Positions 25,661 through 39,337 of a stretch of 64,000 nt of DNA are shown in pieces. Location of the stretch: positions 59,540,508-59,604,507 of the forward strand of contig NC_068983.1 of assembly GCF_001194135.2 (NCBI RefSeq), read 5' to 3'. The stretch's first letter is position 1. Every line of letters starts with the position of its first letter. A model generated the notes under the pieces. That model was not told where the DNA came from. It made no database searches and saw nothing but the letters and a program-made list of their open reading frames with translations. This stretch comes from Octopus bimaculoides. Lineage: Eukaryota. The position numbers and the translations under genes were made by a program.

Positions 25661-27589
25661 CATTAAAGAACAAAGAATACCAACTTTCCAGACCATTCAG
25701 CTTGTGTGTGTGTGTGTGTGTCTATGTGTGTGCATGTGAGTGTGCATGCATATGTGTGTGTATACTAACAAACCACTTACAAAATAGAAATTCCAACATT
25801 TCAGTTATTGTAGTCTAAACACAAAACATTGACAGTTTCTCTGATATCCCACCTACCTTAAGAATATGTATTATTCTTTCTTGGGAAAATACATATTTTG
25901 TGTCAGCATAATAGATAACTGATTAGTCAGTTCTTTCTTTGAGAAAGAATGGTTGTTTTAATGTTTTTCTAATTTTATTTTATCGTTAAAAAAATTTTTT
26001 TCAACATTTCAGGTTAAGTTGACATTCTCGCAACAGCATCAATAGCCATTGAGAATATTGGAGAAAATTGTAATATCATTTATCTTTATTGCAGAAATAT
26101 CTTTATCTTTTTTAACATATGTCATTAAATTTGGCTCAAAGTTTCCAATAAATGCAATGTTGGATTTTAGGAGCAGCAGGACATTAAATTCCCATTAGCC
26201 AGGATACTCTCTAGTTATTTGTTATATATTCGTTATATATTCCCTCAATCTTTTAATGTAGACAGCACAACTGATTGATGTATATGTATAACTTATTAAT
26301 AATATGATCTTGAATTTAAGTCAACATATACAATATTTATGCTCTCACATACACAAAATTTTATATATAATATACACAAAATCTCATATACAGTATTCAA
26401 TTAAATTTTGCATGTCTATGTAGATTTAGACACGTACATGTCCATGTATACAATCACCACATGGTGGGGGTGTATGCTTAGTTGTAATATTTCATGATAG
26501 TGTTTATTTTCCTCCGAAATGCAAGCAAATATCTGAATGCCTTTTAAATTTTGCTGATAGGGTAAACCTATCATAAAATACAACCCATGTGTTCATACAT
26601 ACTCACACAACATGCACACTTTCTCTTTCTCTTTTCCTCTATTTCTCATAGATTCCATTATTTTATCAGATATTTTTGCAACTCATTTACCTACAATAAA
26701 TTCAAGACAACCCTAATTGCATATTACTTGAGATGCCATTTTGTATGTAGGAACTCTCAAATAGTTGATTGAAAAGCTTTATCTCTAGCTATTCTTTGTA
26801 GTTGGAGGTGGGAGCAACAAACTGATATAGAAACGCTTAACACATTTTGCTAAAATATAATTCCTTCCTTTAAATAAACAATGCATATTTTAATTATATT
26901 TTCCCCCACTAACATCTCAATTAATCTTATAAATAGAATAGCTTTTGCATGTGTGTGTGTGTGCATGTGTTCTCTTTTAACTAACAGCTTACTTGTTGAA
27001 AATCTGAAGCTGAGACCTTTTCTCTGAAACTTAACAATGTCAATATAAAATATTCATTTTACATACAAAATAAATCTCCTCCACAACATTAAACCTGTTC
27101 CTTTTCTTCCCATCTATTTTTCAATGCCGACCCTCTTGGGTTTCTTTGGATATTACTGTATAGTTAAAACTTTTATATAAATTCTACTTCATCTTAATCA
27201 TTATATCCTAATTTTGTGTGGCACCTGTATAAAGCTAAGGGCCTAGATTACATATAAGAAGTTCTCAGGGTGGTGGACAGCAGAATTGGCAGAGTCCTTG
27301 AAAATAAATGCATAATAGTATTTAATTATATCTTTTAATATTGTAGGTTCAAACCTTACCAGTATCTACTTTGTTCTGGGATTAATAAGATAAATGTAAG
27401 TCTTGTACTATGGAAAATTAAACCAACTCTGTCCTGTTGCAAATTTTGTAGCTTTCTGCTAATGTTAGAAATCAATTTTACATACAACAAAATATTATTA
27501 TATCAAATAATTTTGCTGTGTTTACAGATTTTCACAAAAACTAATACCAAAAAAATGTTTTTGTCACTACACCTTGCAAATATTGATCC

Positions 27590-27804
27590 ATAAACTCCTT
27601 TGATATTAACCTGCTCAAGACTGACCCTTGTTCTATGATACAAACTTCCTGTTTTAAAGAAATTTAAATTAAAAATTTCCTTCAAGCTATGTTCCAAATA
27701 CCAGCTTAATAACAACAGAGTTATTTTAACAAATCCTTCATTATTTTCTAAATTATTTGAAACAAAATCAGTGTATTTCAACAGAAACATGACAAAATGG
27801 TTAA
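27590..27804 (+). mobile_element. piggyBac-type MITE, uninterrupted copy with degenerate ends
   Basis: Same body as 1812-2165, with the empty site ATACCAGCTTAATAACAAC. Confidence 0.7.
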
Positions 27805-28269
27805 TAATGTCACTTACACGAGAAAAATATCAAACTGTAAATCATTGTTAGAAATTTTGAAAGTGCATCCACTTATGGATGTAAAAATGCTGTTCACTAA
27901 AATTTAAATTCAGTGTTATCAATTGTTTCACAATTTTTTGACAAATCACATTCTACTGGTAGTAAGAAACTCTCAAGAGAGCTGAACAGTAGGTCTTCAG
28001 AAACCTTAAGCATGTATAGTTTCTTTATGATTTAATCATGAAATGCAAATGACATCTTTAAATTATTAATTTCCTATGCAATTTTATTTTCCTATAAAAA
28101 TACACAGTCTAATACATTTATTTAATGATTCTTTCATAGTTATTTTGGCATGTAATAGGAAGGCTATGCCTCTTTGATGATATCAGAATAAGACTGGAAA
28201 AACTCTAAACTTGGATATGTTTTCACAGAAGATTAGAAAGGAATGATCTCCTCCACTTCTATGATGGTG

Positions 28270-28500
28270 ACACTCCACAACCATCACATGATATCAAAAC
28301 AAGGAGACACACGCATCACACACAAACACAACACAACACAACATACATAGATACAATTTCAGTTTCCATCTATAAAAATCCATATGAGAAGACTTCAGTT
28401 GGCCTAGAGTTATAATAGAAGATACTTGTCCAAAACACCAAGCACTAGGACTGAATTTGAAATTACATGGTAGGGAAGCAAGTTTCTTCACCACACCTGG
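28270..28500 (-). mobile_element. SINE family A (tail B, partial)
   Basis: TATCAAAACAAGGAGACAC...CAGTTTCCATCTAT...TTCTTCACCACACC. Confidence 0.7.
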
Positions 28501-28950
28501 CCCTATAATATCTTAAATAATATATCTTAGGTCTGTGTTTCTGAAATAAAGATCTGAACAACATGGTTAGAAATACTGATTGAATTCTCTGCTCACTCTT
28601 TTCCTTGTCTACATCACCAATATCAAAACATACAACCAACATCTTATATAATAAATTAGCTTACTAATACATTCACTCTTTTCATTATATCCTGCAACAT
28701 TTGATTATTTTGTTGTTTATCTTTAGTAAAAATGTTTAAGCATATTGTAAAGATATTTTTCACTTCAGTAATCTGCTATTGTAATATTTTAGGCACTTGG
28801 AACACAAGATGTAATTTGCTTACAGTTTTATATTGATGCCATAATAATTAGATATATTTAAAGCTGTCTATATTGTCTAATTTTATATTGATTGTATAAA
28901 CTACAAGCTAGGAGAATTTGGATATTTAGCTTGCTATAGTTACTTGTAAG

Positions 28951-28996
28951 TCATACAAACAACATACCTTTTAGAAAAGCTATGTTGTTTGTATGA
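28951..28996. repeat. Near-perfect 46-bp palindrome
   Basis: TCATACAAACAACATA / TATGTTGTTTGTATGA (16 bp), C-C mismatch, CTTTT/AAAAG, 2-nt loop. Confidence 0.95.
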
Positions 28997-29155
28997 TGTA
29001 CACACACACACACACACACGTGTATGTGTGTGTGTGTCTGTCTGTCCTGTGAATGCCCAGGTGTTGAAATCATAAGGATTTTGATTGGCAACTCATGATG
29101 GGATGTCTGTGTTTGCTATATTTGTATACGTTAGCCATACTTGATACAGAGGTTT

Positions 29156-29196
<41 letters not shown>

Positions 29197-29199
29197 TAG

Positions 29200-29460
29200 T
29201 TAATAAATTGTATGGTATAGACCTGGTAGTTTGCCGGTATGTGATTAATGAGAGAGACAGAAGATGCAAGATATGAGAATCTTTATTGATCACTACAATT
29301 GTTTCAACTCATCAAACATTGGTTCTTCATGGGTGAGATACTATGCAGTGTAGATGTGTCTCCTCAGGTGACTTCAATAGGCATCTCATTAAAATAAACT
29401 CTGTTTCACAAGATTTCTTCTTGGTCTTCATATATAAACTGGCAAATTAAGAGAAACGAA
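29200..29460 (-). mobile_element. Penelope-like element 3' remnant with degenerate hammerhead (29290-29336) and AATAAA (29282-29287)
   Basis: Minus strand: TCAC-CCATGA-AG-AACC...AGTT-GAAAC-AATT-GTA-GTGA-TC-AATAAA; upstream frame KKKSCETEFILMRCLLKS resembles a PLE ORF end. Confidence 0.55.
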
Positions 29461-29689
29461 TACACACTACAGTGAAAAATGTATTAGATATAACCATTAG
29501 TAGATATGGATGTACAAACTTACACACATGTGGTCTGGCACACATACACTTGCTTGTACAAACACACATGCACATACACATGTGTGGTCTGGCACACATA
29601 GGCTCACACACAGAATTAAGTTCTTATTAATAGAGTCAGTGACTATTCGTGGTTAGTGATACAAATGTGATATATACAAATGTAAATAG

Positions 29690-30125
29690 CTGCAGGTATG
29701 GCTGTGTGGTTAAGAAGTTTGCTTCCCAACTCTGTGGTTTAGCTTCTGTCCCACTGTGCAACACCTTCAAAAAGTGCCTTTTACTCTATTCGATATGCTG
29801 GTCCAACACTGTATATAAATTATACATACACACACACATACCCCACCACTTTTGTGCATGTGTGTGTTTGTGTGTGTGTGCGTGCATGCTTGTGTGCCTA
29901 TGTCTTTGTCTTGATATCACCTGATGAGATGGTGCTAAACGATCACTGTCATAGGAGTGACGCTGATTATTTCCAGTCTTCTGCATAGAACATGTCCAGC
30001 CATGGGTTTAGAAATAGGTGAGAGTTGGTGACAAGAAGGGTGTCTGCCCACAGAATTTCTGCCTCAGTGAATTTTGTTTAAAGCACAGAAAATTGGGAAT
30101 TCTAAGTGATGATAATGGCATGTGT
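29690..30125 (+). mobile_element. SINE family A (tail B)
   Basis: GGTATGGCTGTGTGGTTAAGAAGTTTGCTTCCC head; tail TGTCTTGATATCAC...GTGATGATAATG. Confidence 0.75.
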
Positions 30126-30351
30126 AGGTGATGGGGATGGGATATATGTTGTTTGTCCGCTTGCTGCAAAGTGTTAGTTATAGATTACTAGACAAGACAA
30201 AAACTTTTCCAACTCAATATAAGGACAAATGAAGAACTTTGGTGTAATTCACAATTATTACTTTCAGTAGTCATGGATGTTTTTCTATCTCCTAATTTCT
30301 TTGAAGACTTATTACCTTATACTTCTTGGTTTATCAGTGTCTTCCAAGGTG

Positions 30352-30354
<3 letters not shown>

Positions 30355-30429
<75 letters not shown>

Positions 30430-30446
30430 CCTCTCTCTCTCTCTCT
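30355..30446. repeat. (CT)n microsatellite
   Basis: Read directly from sequence. Confidence 0.95.
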
Positions 30447-30739
30447 GGCTTCTGTGAAGAAATGTAAATATAACACAACATATATGAATGAAAAAACAGG
30501 AATGTTATAGAATGTCTGTCAAAGGTTGTTATGTTGGAGATACTGCAGTCTTTGAGCTGAAAATTTCTTATCAAACTGCTTTAGATTTTTAAGAAACAAA
30601 AGATAACATGTCTTTGGGCAATATTTAGCAGAATAGATGGAAATTTGCCAGGCTATATTCTTCAAGTTTTAACTGTAAACTGGCTCATTTACAAAAATAG
30701 ACACCTCTTTCTTTTCATTCACTTACATTTAAGGAATTG

Positions 30740-30925
30740 CTTTGTGCACACACATGCACATATGTATCTATGTTCATATGTACATACACACACACATATA
30801 TATATATATACACATGCACATATGTATATATATGTGTATATATGTGTATATATATATGTGTATATATGTGTATATATATATGTATATATATGTATATATG
30901 TGTGTATATGTATATAGATGTGTAT
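30740..30925. repeat. Compound (TA)/(TG)/(CA) microsatellite with higher-order units
   Basis: Repeated TATATGTGTATA-type blocks. Confidence 0.9.
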
Positions 30926-31612
30926 ATTTTTCCCTTTTTAACAATTAACACAGAAAAAATAGATAAATAGTTACCAGGGTAGCAAAAAATCACACAAGTA
31001 AAAAGTTTGTAACTTCTTGTTTTTAAAGGTAGAAACTCCGGGTTTACGTGAAATATTTTGTATAATATATATAAATAAATAAATAGAGTTAAACGCAGAT
31101 TCAGCATGTGTCATGGCTGGCCCTTTGAAATACAGTCACAACTCAATTTCATCAGCTGAAGGGACTGGACCAACATGAAATAAAGTGTCTTCCTCAAAGA
31201 CACAATGCACCACCTGGAATCAAACTCACAACTTTACAACCATGCACTGAATACCCAAACCTCTAAGCTATGCTTCATCATCATCGCTGATCTAGCAAAC
31301 CTATAACCACAGACATTATAGTGGAATTGGTTAAAACAGAAGACTGTATTTAGGTTTAGTGATTATCTATTTTCCAGTTCAAATCCTTTTGTTTAAAGTA
31401 GATTCATTTGGTTGTATCCTCTTACTTCATAAAGGAAACTGAGAAGCAAGATAAATCATTCTGTTTTTTCTTTTCTTTTTTTTTCTAGTTATTTCAACTT
31501 CTTGCTTAGATATTTAGGTGAGGTTTTTTTCCCTTCAAAATTTTAATATCTCTGCATTGAACATTTTCTATATTTTCAACTGTTCAAACAACTGTAAAGT
31601 AATATAGTACAA

Positions 31613-31614
<2 letters not shown>

Positions 31615-31666
<52 letters not shown>

Positions 31667-31882
31667 TGTATGTATGTATGTATGTATGTATGTACGTGTG
31701 TGTGTGTGTATGTATGCGTATGCAAGCATACATATATGTGTATGTATATATATATATGTGTGCGTATATACTTATAAGTTTGTATATTTATATATATATA
31801 ATGTATGTATATATTAATCTGTATATGTGTATCTCTATGTAGTACATATATATGTGTGTTTATGTAAATATAGATCTGTGTG

Positions 31883-31975
<93 letters not shown>
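31615..31975. repeat. Compound (TA)n, (TATG)n, (TG)n, (GA)n tract
   Basis: Read directly from sequence. Confidence 0.95.
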
Positions 31976-31976
<1 letters not shown>

Positions 31977-32354
31977 TTTCTTTTGATGGTGTTATTCATA
32001 TTTGTATTTATTGAATCTTCACAAGACAAAACTTTTAATTAAATGATTTTGTTAGAAGTAATTTGTTAATGTCACGAAACACCTCATTTCAACATGAAGG
32101 ATAGTTCAGTTAAAAAATTTTCAAATGAATTGAAGATGATAAAAAAATGTTTTAGAATTCAATTTTCAAAGGGTGATGTTACAGAAGAAAAATATGAGGA
32201 AATACTTCAATTATCAAACACATGAAAATATGGTAAAATACTGTTTTGGTTGAAATCTACATAAAATCGAGCTAAGACTCATCAAACTCTTTACCTAAAA
32301 ACCTTGGAAAATTTACATTAATTTTTCAGGAAGCTGCTTTGAAGTTAGTTAATC

Positions 32355-32770
32355 CTCATCTTCATTCTCAATCTTTCCCATGCTTGCATGGATAAAATGG
32401 AAGTGGTTGAGGCAGATTTTCTTTGGCCAGATGTCCTTCCTGTTGCCAACCACCACGTTTCCAAGCAAGTAATATTACCCCATGGCCTGACAAGTTTTCA
32501 TGGAAGATCAGACATTGAATGACATAAGTACTGTAATTCTTAACATTGAGTATTTACATTGTGAAAGACAAGAAGATACACACACACACACACACACAAA
32601 CACACATGCACAAAGAGATTCTTTCAGTTTCTGTCTGTCAGATCTACTCATAGGGTTTTGGTCAGCCCAAAACTATTGTAGAAGACACTTGCTCAAGATA
32701 TCATGCTGTGGTGGGACTGAATACCGAACTGTGTAGTTGAGAAGCCAACATTTTAGCCACAAACCCATGT
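32355..32770 (-). mobile_element. SINE family A (tail B)
   Basis: CCCATGCTTGCATGGAT...(CA)n...TCTTTCAGTTTCTGTC...TTAGCCACAAACC. Confidence 0.8.
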
Positions 32771-33279
32771 CTGTGCTTATAATCCATGCTTGCTTCCCAT
32801 TATCAAAATGGATAGGGTTTCTTTTTTTGCACCTCTCATTAAAAAAAAAAAAGCAGTAGTCTAGAAGAATATCACATCCCCAGATATTACTGCTCACTCA
32901 AACAAATACTAGTACTCACAAAGAATTTCACTAGAAAAAGTATACTTACATTTGTATATTTATTTTATAGCTTATAAAGGTACATCAAAAAGTTCGATGT
33001 TGGATACTTCACTGTTATCACAGCAATTTTATACTTCGCTCTTCTGTGTTCAAATATTCATAACCTTCATTTAACAACTAGCAATAATGGGGTTGAATCA
33101 GTAAATTGTACATTTTCTAGAGAACACTTGGCTCTGCACAGTAATAAATGTAAATTTGTATTAATGTATTAGCTCCCAAAGTAGCTCTGACTGCAGACTG
33201 AGTTCAAGATGAAAGGCATTCCCACTATCATCAACTTTTATATATATATAATGTATGTGTGTATATATGTGTGTGTGTG

Positions 33280-33316
<37 letters not shown>

Positions 33317-33317
33317 A

Positions 33318-33480
33318 CATTAGTGCTGGTGCCACATAAAGACTCCCAGTATACTGTAAAGTGGTTGGCATTAGAAAGGGCATCTAGCCATAGAAACCAT
33401 GGCTAGATTATGGTGTAACTCCCAGCCTTACCAGCTCCTGTCAAGCCAATGGAAAACATGTTAAATGATGATTTTAATGA
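33318..33480 (+). mobile_element. RTE LINE 3' end fragment
   Basis: GGTGCCACATAAA...GTGGTTGGCATTAGAAAGGGCATC...TTAAATGATGAT. Confidence 0.65.
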
Positions 33481-34166
33481 TATGTATATATATATATATG
33501 CACATAGGTGTATTTAGCACTACACTATCAAATGTGTAATTCCTTTTTGTAAATGATGGGGTGTGATATGAGTAAGAATTGGCTATTCCTGACAGGTTAA
33601 GTGGCCATGTAGAATGACTCTCTTTGGTTCATCATGAATATCATTAATATAACTAAAATGTCTTTTAAGTTAGGGGTGAGATACATATTCCATGAAATAT
33701 TGAATCAACAGTTATTGTCATCTCTTTTTTAACTCAGTCCCTCTCTCTCACTCTTTATTCCCCACAACTGTTTTCATATGTCCCTTTCTCATTGTCGTTT
33801 CTTATCTGATTCCACCTCTCTCTCTTTTCATACCCTTTCATTCTCCCACTCTCTCTTTGAATTACAAGGTTTGAACTATGTTGGTACCTCACTGTTCCAA
33901 GAATATCTCCATGCTGCCAATTGTTGATTATTGCCTTTCATTCTTGGATGATCCCTAGTAATAGTCTGGACTAAAAATTTACTCAGCTACATGATTCCTT
34001 ACAAAAAATTGGCAAATTTCTTAAGTAAAGAAATCAATGATAGGTTCATTATTTAGGGAAAATTGCATTTAATGCGACATGAAATATCAGGAAGAAGTAA
34101 AGTAGTGTGTCTTTAGACTGAATGTAAAGTTTTGCATATTTACAATATCCTGTATGTATATAATTA

Positions 34167-34197
<31 letters not shown>

Positions 34198-34524
34198 GTA
34201 TATATATGTGTGTGTGTGTACATAAATATATACGTATATATATGTATACATATCTACACAAAAGTGTGTTTATGTATATTTGTGTATATACTTATATCTA
34301 TATAGATAGATTAGATAGATACATATATATACATAGATAGATAGATATATACATGCATACACACACACACATATACATATTTCACTTTCATGTTTTCAGT
34401 CAATCATATCTCAAAATCTTCTCAAAGTGTATTCCATGCTAAGATGTCGATAATCTCCACTCTGTGACACTCACAAAATGGTAAGCTTGGAGTAAAGAAT
34501 TGGAGATTTGATAGTGATGCAATA

Positions 34525-34588
<64 letters not shown>

Positions 34589-34965
34589 GGAAGAATTTCC
34601 TGTTGTTTTGTCAAAACTACGACATAGAAAGTTAGATAAATAAATAGATAAATAGATGGAGAGATAGCTAGTGAGAGTCATAGAAGAAATAGTAGACACA
34701 CATGTTGGTGTGTACAAGTCATAGTATTTGTCTTCAAAATTTTACTGCTGCAAGATACAATGGTTGTGTTTCTGTTAAATACAACAAACATTAAATTTAG
34801 TTGCAGTTTGCTGCAGTCATCACAATACACAACACAAAAATTTTTAAACAGCCTTGAGCAAGTTTTCTGATTTTTATTTTACTTTTTAGGCAAGGTGGTA
34901 GTAGTGGTGGGGTATACTGCAGATTTCTTAAGATTTTAAATCAACAGTTATTATCATTTCTTTTT

Positions 34966-35185
34966 NNNNNNNNNNNNNNNNNNNNNNNNNNNNNNNNNNN
35001 NNNNNNNNNNNNNNNNNNNNNNNNNNNNNNNNNNNNNNNNNNNNNNNNNNNNNNNNNNNNNNNNNNNNNNNNNNNNNNNNNNNNNNNNNNNNNNNNNNNN
35101 NNNNNNNNNNNNNNNNNNNNNNNNNNNNNNNNNNNNNNNNNNNNNNNNNNNNNNNNNNNNNNNNNNNNNNNNNNNNNNNNNNNNN
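34966..35185. other. Assembly gap (others at ~36792-36801, 40531-40622, 54193-54623, 61396-61518, 62460-62543)
   Basis: Runs of N, each bordered on at least one side by (TA)n or (TG)n. Confidence 0.99.
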
Positions 35186-35217
<32 letters not shown>

Positions 35218-36381
35218 CTTACACACCTCTGTAATTCTCTCTTCTATCTGTTTCTTAGTTTTCTTTGTTTTTTCATTCGCTTTATAATTCTTTTTCATTA
35301 TATTTCTTTCTCTAAGCATATTTAGCTCTTTACATATCTCTCCATCTTCTTTTAATTCCTAATCTTTCCTTAATACCAGATAAAAAAAAACCTGACAAGA
35401 AATCTAGTCACACTTTATAATCTACAAGATTATAAAACAGTTCATTTGCTTTTCCAAATATGTCTCACTCCAGCTGAGCAGCATTCTTTTCCTACAGTAT
35501 TCCAACATGTCTTTACTCTCAGCAGTCTCTTCACTTGGATTCTATTTCTACTAGATTCGAGGTAATTGGTTACATCACACCACTTGTTTTGTGTTATGTT
35601 GTGTGTAGATTTTACTGTGCTATTGTTGTGGTACTGGACGATTGCCTTAAGTTACTCAGGGGAAATTTATAGAAAGAACAGACAGAATGATGTATGGAAG
35701 ATATGCATAACAAAATAAGGAGTTGCTATCTCTTGAAGAATCACCATATTAGAACTTGTCACATGAATGGTATAGATGTTTGAAGAGTCGAGGAAATGCT
35801 GAAGAAGAATCATATTCTGCCAAAAAGTCTGTAGGAAAGGAATGTTTTATAGAAAGCCCTTTGGTAAAAGATCAGCTGGTGTAAACATATTCTTGAGCAT
35901 GAGCTTTAGTTCATAATCACCATCATAATAACCACCACACAGCCACCACAACTATCATCATCACTATTATCTTCATCATCATAGTTTTAATGTTCAATTT
36001 TCCTTGCTTGCATGGATCAGATAAGACTACATTGAAGTAGAATTTTCTACAGCTCGATATCTTTTCTGACACCATCCCTCATCTTTCTCAAGCCAGGTAA
36101 TAATCCTTCAGTCTATTGAACAATGAACAGCCTGGACATGTTTTCATAGAGGACTGCATACAAGCAATACAGTGAGTATGAACAGTGGGGTTCGGTTAAC
36201 AATCAGCAAGCACTTGTCACAACATGTCAAGAAGCCTGAGCATAATTTTCAGTGGACTACAAGCAATTGACACCATCTATATAAATAGTGAAGCTTCTGT
36301 TTACAATCAGTGTGCACATGTCAAGATGAGGGACAATATGCACTCAGTCATGCATGAATGCATACATACATATGCACATAC

Positions 36382-36421
<40 letters not shown>

Positions 36422-36744
36422 GCATACATATATACACAGACCTCTAAACTACACAACCATACATGAACCTATTTTTCATGAAGCAAAGAAAAGTTAGTAA
36501 ATCAGTTGAACTTAGTAATGTTAATATTACAAAAGTGCTTGTCACTTTATTTCCATAAAAGACAATTTAGAGACTGTTGGTTGAGAAAATAAATGATATT
36601 GCTATTAAAAGCTTGGATGTAAAATTGTGTTGATATGATGTGATGAAGTAAGGTGAACGTATGCATTTATATGTATGTATGTATATATGTGTGTGTGTGT
36701 GTGTGTATGTGTGTGTGTATGTATGTGTGTGTGTGTGTATATAT

Positions 36745-36791
<47 letters not shown>

Positions 36792-36801
36792 NNNNNNNNN
36801 N

Positions 36802-36836
<35 letters not shown>

Positions 36837-36881
36837 TATATCCATATATATGTATACACACACGCACACATACAATACATA

Positions 36882-36913
<32 letters not shown>

Positions 36914-37837
36914 ATTAGGGATAAAATCCAAAATTACAGGTAAAAATTCTTTTCCCTAATACTATATATTATATATATAAAACAAAGCAAAATGAATGAT
37001 ACATGTCCATGTTTTCGTTATTCTTTTTAATATTTTCTGTGGTGTTTTACAAGAAATAAAATATACGAATAAGTAAAAATAAAAAGTCTCATGAAGACTA
37101 CAGAAAGAAGTACTGCATGCTAATGAAACGACAATGCTTTCAATTTACTGCGTGGATTTATGAATAAAAGTATTTTTCCTCAATTAAGGATGAAGGGAAA
37201 TGAAAAGAAAAAAGAAAAAAATCAAAAAGTAGATCCTTTTTTTTTTATCTAATTTTTATTATTTTGTTTTACATTTTTACTCCAGGTCATAATGTTTTGT
37301 CTGTCCCTCCATGGTAGAATGCAGAAAGAAAAAAAAAAACACTATTTCTTTCACTGCTAGTATTGGTTAATTCTCTGAGTTGTGACACGATATATTCAAA
37401 GATGTATTTACTTAGATTGTGCTTAGTAAGCTCTGTGTTATATTTATTTGCTGTAAATATAATGAAGAAATATAATATCAGCCATGATAATGTAATGTTC
37501 ATTATGATCTTTTATTGTCTGATAATGTACTTTTACTAACATTTTAGGATAATGCGCTCATCTTTTATGTGGTATTATAATAACAATGAGCTTTTGAAGA
37601 TGAATTAGACTGGATATCTTATTAACGAAAGCATGTGGCCTAGTGGTGAAGGTGTTCAACTCTTGATTTTAAAGTGTGGTTCAATTTTTGGTTGAGTCAT
37701 GCATTGTGTCCTTGGGCAACACAGTTAGTTTCACATTGCTTCTGTTCACTCGGCTGTAAATGAGTGTCATCCAGCTACTTGGACAGCTCTATCACCCAAA
37801 TCTCACATCCTTGATACTCTGCTGTATCAGGAGTGAA

Positions 37838-38520
37838 GTCATGGCTGTGTGGTAAGAAATTTGGTTCCAGGTTCAGTCACACAGCATGGCACATTGAACA
37901 AATGTCTTCTACTACAGCCTCATGCCAACCATCACCACCACCACTTGACAACCAGTGTAAGTGTGTTTATGTCACTGTAAATTAATGGTTCAGTTGTTGT
38001 TGTTGGCACTCCGTCGCTTACGACGTCGAGAGTTCCAGTTGATCCGATCAATGGAACAGCCTGCTCATGAAATTAATGTGCAAGTGGCTGAGCACTCCAC
38101 AGACACGTCTACCCTTAACGTAGTTCTTGGGGATATTCAGCGTGACACAGTGTGTAACAAGGCTGGCCCTTTGAAATACAGGCACAACAGAAACAGGAAG
38201 TAAGAGGGAGAGAAAGTTGTGGTGGAAGAGTACAGCAGGGGACGCCACCATCCCCTGCCAGAGCCTCGTGGAGCTTTAGGTGTTTTCGCTCAATAAACAC
38301 TCACAATGCCCGGTCTGGGAATCGAAACCACGATCCTATGACCGCGAGTCCGCTGCCCTAACCACTTGGCCATTGCGCCTCCACCATGGTTCAGTAAAAG
38401 AGACCAATAAAATAAGTACCAGGCTTAAAAAAAAAACAAAGGACTGAAAATTATTCAAGGTGATGCTCCAGCATAGCTGCAGTCTAATGACTGAAACATG
38501 TAAGTGATAAAGGTGTTGAT
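37838..38520 (+). mobile_element. SINE family A interrupted by a young tRNA-Arg-like SINE
   Basis: Host tail resumes after the insert: ...ATGGTTCAG|TAAAAGAGACCAATAAAATAAGTACCAGG. Confidence 0.8.
37995..38385 (-). mobile_element. Young full-length SINE with tRNA(Arg)-like head and family B tail
   Basis: 10-bp TSD ATGGTTCAGT at 37985-37994 and 38386-38395; A box TGGCCAAGTGG, B box GGTTTCGATTCC; CpGs intact; (AAC)n tail; resembles Octopus OR-type SINEs (from memory). Confidence 0.9.
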
Positions 38521-39005
38521 AGAGAGTTTGTCTGCCTGTGGAAACATAGATACCTAAAATAAGTAGCAAAAGCATAGTTCATGTCAGCAAACCATGCACA
38601 TTGTTGAGCGATAGCTGACTAAACCATATACCTTACTAAATAATGACTGAGATCTTCTTGTTCATGTGTGTGTGTGTTAAGATTAGTGCCTTGGATTATC
38701 TTCATATTTTATTGTTCTTGATGTTTACCAGTTGTTAAATTCCGATCACAGGTCTCTATCTTTGATCATAGAAGTCTGATCAAGTGAACTTATGATCAAA
38801 GCCATCCCATTTTTAGACTCAACTTTTTTTAGCTGATGTTTCTGATAGATCACGAGATCACAGAGAGTCTCCCTTGATGGTCTGTTAACTAGTTTTACTG
38901 TTTACTAGTTCTCTGAGATATATCGCCTCCTGATCTTTATTATATGAATCACATTTAGAAACAGAAATTACACATCAAATGACTATTACTCATGCAAAGT
39001 AGTAA

Positions 39006-39051
<46 letters not shown>

Positions 39052-39074
39052 CGTCGTCGTAATAATGATAATAA

Positions 39075-39291
39075 TGGTTTCAAATTTTGACACAACACCA
39101 GCAATTTGGGGGTAGGAAGGAAGTAAGTTGATTACATTGACTCCGGTGCTCAACTGGTACTTATTTTATCGACCCCAAAAGGATGACAGGTAGAGTTGAC
39201 CTCAGAGGAATTTGAACTCAGAATGTAAAGATGGACGTAAAGCCTCTATGCATTTTGCCTAGCATGCTCATGATTCTGTCAGCTCTCTGCC

Positions 39292-39293
<2 letters not shown>
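39075..39293 (-). mobile_element. SINE family C inserted in an (AAT)n tract
   Basis: Full body TGGTTTCAAATTTTG...TTATTTTATCGACCCC...GAATTTGAACTCAG...CTGCCTT, with AAT repeats on both sides. Confidence 0.85.

Positions 39294-39337
<44 letters not shown>

Noticed and set aside
29529-29600. Repeat-spacer-repeat (18-bp TGTGGTCTGGCACACATA twice)
   Set aside because: Only two copies within CA-rich low-complexity DNA; a local duplication.
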